A stretch of 64,000 nucleotides of DNA from Candidatus Limnocylindria bacterium (GTDB lineage Bacteria > Patescibacteriota > Saccharimonadia > Saccharimonadales > JAGQNK01), in contig DATHJH010000004.1 of NCBI GenBank assembly GCA_035489815.1, positions 2,131 to 66,130 of the forward strand. The letters are read 5' to 3'. Within the stretch, counting starts at the first letter, position 1; the number at the start of each line of letters is the position of its first letter. This document shows, piece by piece, positions 58,683-64,000 of the stretch. The notes beneath the pieces were generated by a model. It did not search any database. It was not told the origin of the DNA and worked only from the letters and a program-made list of their open reading frames with translations. A program made the translations under genes and the position numbers.

Positions 58683-59441
58683 ATGCAACCTATACAAATC
58701 AAACCCATAGAAAACGGTAGCATAACGATTCAGTTTACAGGTGAAAAAGTGCACCTGCCCGAAGAAGTAGCGCGTAAGGTTTCCGAACATTGGCAACGAT
58801 TAATTGAAGCTAAACCCCGGATGCGCAACGGTGAAGTATTTACCGCAACCAAAGTAGAAGACGAAGCTAATGGATTACGCGTAGAACTTGCTGAGACCGA
58901 CTATGCGCATTACATGTACAGTCATCAACTAGGGGATCTTGGTGAGTATACAGTACGAATCATCCATTCGGCCGTTTTGGTCATCACTACAGATAATAAG
59001 CTTGTGTTTGGTGCGATGAGTGAGCACACCAGCCGACTGGGTGTCATTCAATGCTGTGGCGGTGGCATTGACCATAATGATATTACCGACGGCGTCGTGG
59101 ATATGAAGCACAATGCCGTAAATGAGTTGCATGAAGAGCTTGGCATTGATGTCCAAGACAAAGAACGAGTCGCCAACTTTACACCTGCCTACCTTAAATT
59201 TGGTGGTCCAACCGGCAAGATGACCGTTGTCTATACATTGCGGCTCAACCAGAATAGTGAGGAGTTTCTAAAAGCTTACGACGCATTTGCTACATATCTC
59301 AGAGCGACCAGCGAAGAGCCAGAATTCGGCAAAATCTTCACATTGGACAGGGACAAGCAGATTGTCAATCAATTCATATCCGATCATGCCGACAAGCTAG
59401 ACGAATACATGCCTATATTGCTGCGAACTGTCGCGGAGTAA
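58683..59441 (+). CDS. Nudix-fold protein (degenerate Nudix box)
   Basis: GGGIDHNDITDGVVDMKHNAVNELHEELGI resembles Gx5Ex7REUxEExGU with substitutions. Confidence 0.5.
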   Translation: MQPIQIKPIENGSITIQFTGEKVHLPEEVARKVSEHWQRLIEAKPRMRNGEVFTATKVEDEANGLRVELAETDYAHYMYSHQLGDLGEYTVRIIHSAVLVITTDNKLVFGAMSEHTSRLGVIQCCGGGIDHNDITDGVVDMKHNAVNELHEELGIDVQDKERVANFTPAYLKFGGPTGKMTVVYTLRLNQNSEEFLKAYDAFATYLRATSEEPEFGKIFTLDRDKQIVNQFISDHADKLDEYMPILLRTVAE

Positions 59442-59544
59442 AACTAGCTTATCCAAGCCAAAGGCAGGGTATGCAACGTGCGCAGAGAGATACTCAGCCC
59501 CCGCGCTCAGCAAGTCATGGTTTTTGGGGAATACCACCGAAATT

Positions 59545-60564
59545 CTAGAGTATCGTGCCCACGGTGCGGGAAAGGACGGTTCCTAGGACAACCAGCCCCA
59601 GGAGCGTGCTTTCCAGCAGGGGATGATGCAACACAAACCGCTCGGTGTCATGGATGAGGTCATGTACCAGGTGCCGGGCCTTCAGGCTATGATGCAGCAG
59701 CAAGGCTACGAGCGCAAAGCCAGTAAGCAACACGGCAGCAGTCAGTGCCCAGGGTGCCCGGCCGTTGGTAAGAGTCTGAGCCTTGGCTATGTTTTGGGAA
59801 GTCGGTGCAGCTGCAGCAATCGGCTGTTCTGTTGTAATTGGCAGTGGATTAGCTGGCTTGGGCTCTTCTTTTTTGGCGGGTGCTGCCTGCTTCTTAGGTG
59901 CAGGCGTAGGAGCAGGAGGGGAAGACTGGGTGGAAGGTGCCGTGCTGGCGGGTGCCGGAGGACTTTGGGTCGCGGCCAGGACTTGCGGCTGACCGTACAT
60001 GGCCACTACCACTGTTTGCTTGCCATCGCCGTTAAAGCCAGTGCTGTTGGCATAGCCAAACCCTACTTCAGTAAAGGTACTATCCAGCATATTCGCCTTA
60101 TGCGCCGCACTGTTCATCCAACCCGCGACCGCGTCTGGGCTGGTGGCAAAACCGTAAGCCAGATTTTCCCCGGCTTTGGTGTAGTCATAACCGGCCGCCT
60201 GGATAAACACCCACGGCTCCTTGCCGTCAGGTGTAGTATGCGACCAGTAGTCACGCGCCACCATGTCGTTCGCCTTAGCCTGAGCGGCGCTGCTCAGTTT
60301 TGAGTTAATGCCTAGAGCTGCTTTGCCATTGCCCGCCCGCTGGGAATTTGTAGCAGATAAAAGGCCGCCAGAACTCATGCTGGTAGCGTAGGCGAGTGTC
60401 ATGCCGCTCGACGGCTGCCAAAAGTTCAGAAAGACACTGGCTATAATAGAAACAACTAACGGCAGATACGGTGCGTAGACCTTGACATACTTGCTGGTCC
60501 TTTTGTGGTGCTGGCCGTGGCGTTTGGTGTGGACTCTGGTGTGGGATCGGGGAGTTCTGGACAT
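59545..60564 (-). CDS. CAP/SCP (YkwD-like) domain membrane protein with a Pro/Ala-rich linker
   Basis: LSSAAQAKANDMVARDYWSHTTPDG..PW.F...AGY.Y..AGENLAYGF......V.GWMNS.AHKANML matches CAP-domain motifs. TM helices lie at the N- and C-termini. Confidence 0.75.
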   Translation of the reverse strand: MSRTPRSHTRVHTKRHGQHHKRTSKYVKVYAPYLPLVVSIIASVFLNFWQPSSGMTLAYATSMSSGGLLSATNSQRAGNGKAALGINSKLSSAAQAKANDMVARDYWSHTTPDGKEPWVFIQAAGYDYTKAGENLAYGFATSPDAVAGWMNSAAHKANMLDSTFTEVGFGYANSTGFNGDGKQTVVVAMYGQPQVLAATQSPPAPASTAPSTQSSPPAPTPAPKKQAAPAKKEEPKPANPLPITTEQPIAAAAPTSQNIAKAQTLTNGRAPWALTAAVLLTGFALVALLLHHSLKARHLVHDLIHDTERFVLHHPLLESTLLGLVVLGTVLSRTVGTIL

Positions 60565-60603
60565 GTTGATTTTATATACCTTAGAACTTATGGTAAAACA
60601 ATT

Positions 60604-61104
60604 TCAGAAAAAAGTACATTGATAAAGCGCCATCGCTGCTGCTTGCACCACATTAAAGGACTCTTTCTGGCCGAACATCGGAATTTCCAACACCCCGTCA
60701 CAAACCGCCAGGACTTCTGGCTCTACACCCTCAACTTCACGTCCCACCAGTAGTGCCATCCTCTCCGGCGGTGTAAACTCCGGCAGCTTTATAGAACCCG
60801 CCGTCTGTTCCAGGGCATACACCGCAAAGCCTTCCTGCCTGAGCGCCCGGATTACTTCAAAAACGTCTTCTGCCTGCGCCCAGTCCAGCATCTCCTCGGC
60901 ACCCAGCGCAGTTTTGCTGATTTGCCTGTGAATTTTGCGGGACTCATGCGGTAGACGGCTCTCAACTTTTGCCATTGGATACGGCGTGTAACCGGTCAAA
61001 AACACTTTGCCGACGCCCGACCCTTCAGCCGTCCTAAGCAGCGAGCCTACATTGTGGCAACTACGAAGGTTATGAGCAATTAATACAATCTTACGCATTC
61101 TCAT
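60604..61104 (-). CDS. SpoU/TrmH-family RNA 2'-O-methyltransferase
   Basis: HNLRSCHNVGSLLRTAEGSGV, LLVGREVEGV and IPMFGQKESFNVVQAAAMALY are SPOUT motifs. Confidence 0.8.
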   Translation of the reverse strand: MRMRKIVLIAHNLRSCHNVGSLLRTAEGSGVGKVFLTGYTPYPMAKVESRLPHESRKIHRQISKTALGAEEMLDWAQAEDVFEVIRALRQEGFAVYALEQTAGSIKLPEFTPPERMALLVGREVEGVEPEVLAVCDGVLEIPMFGQKESFNVVQAAAMALYQCTFF

Positions 61105-61107
61105 TAA

Positions 61108-61236
61108 ATTCTAATCTCTAATATCGGAATCCTAAACAATTTTCAAAACACAAATGTTAGAAATGCAAAACAAGGCAACAAAGAAAAGGTTTTGAACATT
61201 AGGAATTTTGGTCATTCGATATTGTTTAGGATTTTA
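61108..61236. repeat. Family B AT-rich long hairpin element, copy 4 (between divergent genes)
   Basis: Arms ctaatatcggaatcctaaacaattttcaaaac and gttttgaacattaggaattttggtcattcgatattgtttaggatt pair. Confidence 0.7.
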
Positions 61237-61260
61237 TCATAAGCGGTTATAATGGGGTTT

Positions 61261-62862
61261 ATGAGTCAGGACGCCCGACGCGATGAAGAACTAACCACCC
61301 AACGCCGGGCCCAAATACTGGGGCTCAACTATATTGACACAGGTCAAATTGGTGAAAAAGCCCTTTATAAGGAACTCTTAAGCCCGCAGGAACTCTACAG
61401 CATGCGCGTCGTCCCGCTACGTGCTGATGAACATAATATTACTTTTGGCATCACCAACACCACCTCGCAGCAAACCATGGACAACCTGCGCCATAGGTTT
61501 CTGGACCAACGCATTGCCTTTGGCATGATCTCGGACGCCGGTTTCCGGGAATATATGAAACTTTACGACCCGCCCAAAAAAGTAGAGTACAAGGACATTT
61601 CTGTTACAGCGGCCGGCCAGGAAGACCTTATCACCGCCGTATCCAAAACGTTAGAGCAAGTCCGTGCGGATGACATGCTGGCTTACCTGGTACAACAAGC
61701 ACACAAGCTCAATGCCTCGGACATCCACCTGGAAACACAGACCAAACACATACGCGTACGTTTCCGCATAGACGGCGTGCTGCACCCCGTGGCCCGGATC
61801 AGCCCGGAAAAATACCGTGTTCTCATCTCCGCCATTGCCAGTGCCGGCAATGTATCTACTAATGCCAATGAGGCACAGCAGGGACACATTGCCCAGCACC
61901 TGCAGATGGCAGATGGGGAAAAGGTAGACATCAACCTTCGTCTGGAAACCGTGCCTGCCATCACTGGCATGGACGTTGTGATGCGCCTCTTTAATATGAA
62001 CCAGGACATGTACCGGCTGGACCGGCTGGGCTTGTCAGAGCAGGAGCGCAAAATAGTCGACGACATCATATCCAAGCCAACCGGCCTGGTGCTGGCCGTC
62101 GGGCCCACTGGCTCCGGCAAGACGACCACCCTCTATTCCATGCTTAACTCGCTTAACTCCGAAAATCGCAAGATCATTACCATCGAAGACCCGGTAGAGT
62201 ATCAGTTTGAGGGCATCACCCAGATATCCGTGGCCACTCAATCCTCCCAGGAATTAAGCTTTGCAGAAAAGCTCCGCGCCGTGCTGCGGCTTGATCCGGA
62301 CATTGTTATGGTCGGGGAGATCCGCGACATGGACACTGCCAAAACAGCTCTGCAGGCCGCCCTGACCGGACACCTGGTATTGTCTACGTTCCACGCCGCT
62401 TCGGCCGCAGCTGCACTGACGCGCATGGCAGACATCATCGGCCAGAATCCCCTCTTTGTATCTGTTATACGGCTGGTCATGGCTCAACGCCTGGTACGCC
62501 GGCTGGATGATGCCACCAAACAGCCGTATACCCCGGACGAGGCCGCGCTGCGTGGCATTCAAGAGGTCGTAAACAGCTTGCCGGAAGGCATAGACAAACC
62601 GGATCTTGCCAACCTGCAACTTTATGAACCCGGCTCTTCGGACGAAAATCCTTTTGGCTACAAAGGCCAGATAGCCCTGCGCGAACAGTTCACCATGCAA
62701 GGCACCATCGCCACCCTGCTGGCAGACGGCAAGAACCCCACAGTCCAGCAGCTGGAAGCCGCCGCTATCCAAAGCGGCATGCGCACCATGCTGCAGGACG
62801 GCATCCTGAAAGTCATCGAAGGCCAAACCACCCTGCAGGAAGTCTACCGCGTGCTCGGCTAA
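61261..62862 (+). CDS. pilB: Type IV pilus / type II secretion assembly ATPase (GspE/PilB family)
   Basis: N-terminal T2SSE_N-like region, Walker A GPTGSGKTTT, Asp and His boxes (DPDIVMVGEIRD, GHLVLSTFH). ATG 61261 lies 7 nt after TATAAT 61248-61253; the ORF track begins at 61252. Confidence 0.85.
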   Translation: MSQDARRDEELTTQRRAQILGLNYIDTGQIGEKALYKELLSPQELYSMRVVPLRADEHNITFGITNTTSQQTMDNLRHRFLDQRIAFGMISDAGFREYMKLYDPPKKVEYKDISVTAAGQEDLITAVSKTLEQVRADDMLAYLVQQAHKLNASDIHLETQTKHIRVRFRIDGVLHPVARISPEKYRVLISAIASAGNVSTNANEAQQGHIAQHLQMADGEKVDINLRLETVPAITGMDVVMRLFNMNQDMYRLDRLGLSEQERKIVDDIISKPTGLVLAVGPTGSGKTTTLYSMLNSLNSENRKIITIEDPVEYQFEGITQISVATQSSQELSFAEKLRAVLRLDPDIVMVGEIRDMDTAKTALQAALTGHLVLSTFHAASAAAALTRMADIIGQNPLFVSVIRLVMAQRLVRRLDDATKQPYTPDEAALRGIQEVVNSLPEGIDKPDLANLQLYEPGSSDENPFGYKGQIALREQFTMQGTIATLLADGKNPTVQQLEAAAIQSGMRTMLQDGILKVIEGQTTLQEVYRVLG

Positions 62863-63992
62863 CGAATGGCTTTGGCAATGGATGGCACCAGACGTTCATC
62901 CAGTACGCTGGGTATGATTTCTTCTGCCGATGGCCGTTTGACAAGATTTGCAATTGCCTCTGCCGCAGCAATCTTATGATCGTCTGTGATCATACGCACT
63001 TTGTTGTCAAGCGCACCGCGGAAAATGCCGGGGAAGGCCAGGGCATTGTTAACTTGGTTGGGGAAGTCGCTGCGGCCGGTAGCCATAATAGCCACCCCGG
63101 CAGCCTTAGCCTCATCCGGCATGATCTCCGGCGTAGGGTTAGACATGGCAAAGACGATCGGGTCAGATGCCATGGTTTTGATCATTTCAGGCGTAAGCAG
63201 GCCGGGCTTCGACACACCAATAAAAATATCCGCACCCTTGAGCGCATCTGCCAGCGTACCACTGACGCCCTGATGATTCGTAAACTCCAGCAGCTTTTTC
63301 TTCTCATCATTCAAATCAGTCCGGTCAGAACTAACGATCCCCTTGCTGTCAACAGCCAGAATTTCAGGATGGGCGTACTTGTCTATAAGTTTCATAATGG
63401 CCGTGCCGGCGGCACCGGCCCCCACGCAGACAATCCGGCAATCTTTAAGCTGACGACCCGTTACTTTCATGGCATTGATCAATCCAGCCAGTACTACCAC
63501 GGCCGTCCCATGCTGGTCATCGTGAAAGACCGGGATGGGCAGGTCGGCCTTTAATCGCTCTTCTATTTCAAAACACAGCGGCGCAGCAATGTCCTCCAGG
63601 TTGATGCCCCCAAAGCTGGGGGCAATAGCCTTAACAGCTGCCACAATTTCATCAGCCGTGTGCACATCCAGTACAATCGGCACCGCGTCTATACCGGCAA
63701 AGTGCTTAAACAGCATAGCTTTGCCCTCCATGACCGGCAGGGCACCGTAGGGACCAATGTTACCCAGGCCCAGCACCGCCGATCCGTCCGACACGACCGC
63801 CACTACGTTATTCAGCCAAGTATACTCCCGTGCTTCTTCCGGGTGTTCTGCCACATAACTGGAAACCGCCGCCACACCCGGGGTGTAATACGTGCTGAGC
63901 TTGTCTTTAGAATCGAGCGCATCCTTCAGGGAAATGTTGATCTTCCCTCTCAGTTTTTTATGTTTCTTGAGCGCTTCTTTACTATAGTCCAT
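62859..63992 (-). CDS. NAD(P)-dependent malic enzyme (short bacterial type)
   Basis: LSTYYTPGVAAV, FGGINLEDI, VCVGAGAAG and SNPTPEI are malic-enzyme motifs. The stop overlaps the pilB stop (convergent, 4-nt overlap). Confidence 0.9.
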   Translation of the reverse strand: MDYSKEALKKHKKLRGKINISLKDALDSKDKLSTYYTPGVAAVSSYVAEHPEEAREYTWLNNVVAVVSDGSAVLGLGNIGPYGALPVMEGKAMLFKHFAGIDAVPIVLDVHTADEIVAAVKAIAPSFGGINLEDIAAPLCFEIEERLKADLPIPVFHDDQHGTAVVVLAGLINAMKVTGRQLKDCRIVCVGAGAAGTAIMKLIDKYAHPEILAVDSKGIVSSDRTDLNDEKKKLLEFTNHQGVSGTLADALKGADIFIGVSKPGLLTPEMIKTMASDPIVFAMSNPTPEIMPDEAKAAGVAIMATGRSDFPNQVNNALAFPGIFRGALDNKVRMITDDHKIAAAEAIANLVKRPSAEEIIPSVLDERLVPSIAKAIR

Positions 63993-64000
63993 ACCAGACA

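Noticed and set aside
57704-59544. Prophage remnant or genomic island
   Set aside because: The region holds a pseudogene, a Nudix-like gene and an IR-bounded element. There is no integrase, no phage structural or replication gene, and no tRNA attachment site. My 100-nt G+C sample (48%) is not clearly atypical. Only the individual observations are reported.
62859-62862. Overlap of pilB and malic-enzyme stop codons as a regulatory feature
   Set aside because: A 4-nt convergent overlap (cTAAc / gTTAg) is a common consequence of compaction in small genomes. Nothing else supports a special function.
1-64000. Alternative genetic code (UGA recoding as in some CPR lineages)
   Set aside because: Conserved proteins (pheS, gatA, trxB, uvrB, dnaE and others) are full-length without in-frame TGA. 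Several terminate with TGA at the expected position.

Overview
This 64 kb window reads as a gene-dense chromosomal segment of a small-genome bacterium. The gene content suggests a CPR/Patescibacteria organism, probably Saccharibacteria (TM7)-like; that placement is inference. Supporting content is a split transketolase, gatCAB, PilB-type ATPase, malic enzyme, PPase, many small membrane proteins, and no respiratory or TCA genes.

The standard genetic code appears to apply. Conserved genes end in TGA, TAA or TAG, and none needs in-frame stop read-through.

Recognisable core genes:
- pheS/pheT, uvrB, dnaE, gatC/gatA/gatB, rmuC, trxB, ppa, gap, rpiB.
- An rpe-like gene, tkt N and C halves, class II fba, and two PfkB-family kinases.
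- galU, a PilB/GspE ATPase, malic enzyme, two ABC systems and an RND pump.
- A Fur-family regulator next to a ZIP transporter.

I found no rRNA, tRNA, CRISPR array, integrase or transposase.

Main observations:
1. At least five families of intergenic palindromic or MITE-like repeats (called A to E here) occupy most of the larger intergenic gaps. Some overlap stop codons or ORF 5' ends. Inverted copies of one family bracket a MarR-cupredoxin module.
2. A translationally coupled NYN / MazG-like / ASCH(DUF3850) trio is inserted between pheS and pheT.
3. A coupled trio of an unknown 428-aa protein, a LOG/SLOG-like Rossmann protein and a small TM protein follows a pentose-phosphate/kinase supercluster.
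4. A conserved 37-bp operator-like motif sits upstream of a His-rich membrane protein and the ZIP transporter, both next to the Fur-family gene.
5. TATAAT-like -10 hexamers lie 6-8 nt upstream of many start codons. This implies leaderless mRNAs and over-extended ORF-track starts.
6. Three genes are disrupted by frameshifts. Two of the shifts are in homopolymer runs.

All homology calls come from reading the translated ORFs by eye. No database search was run.
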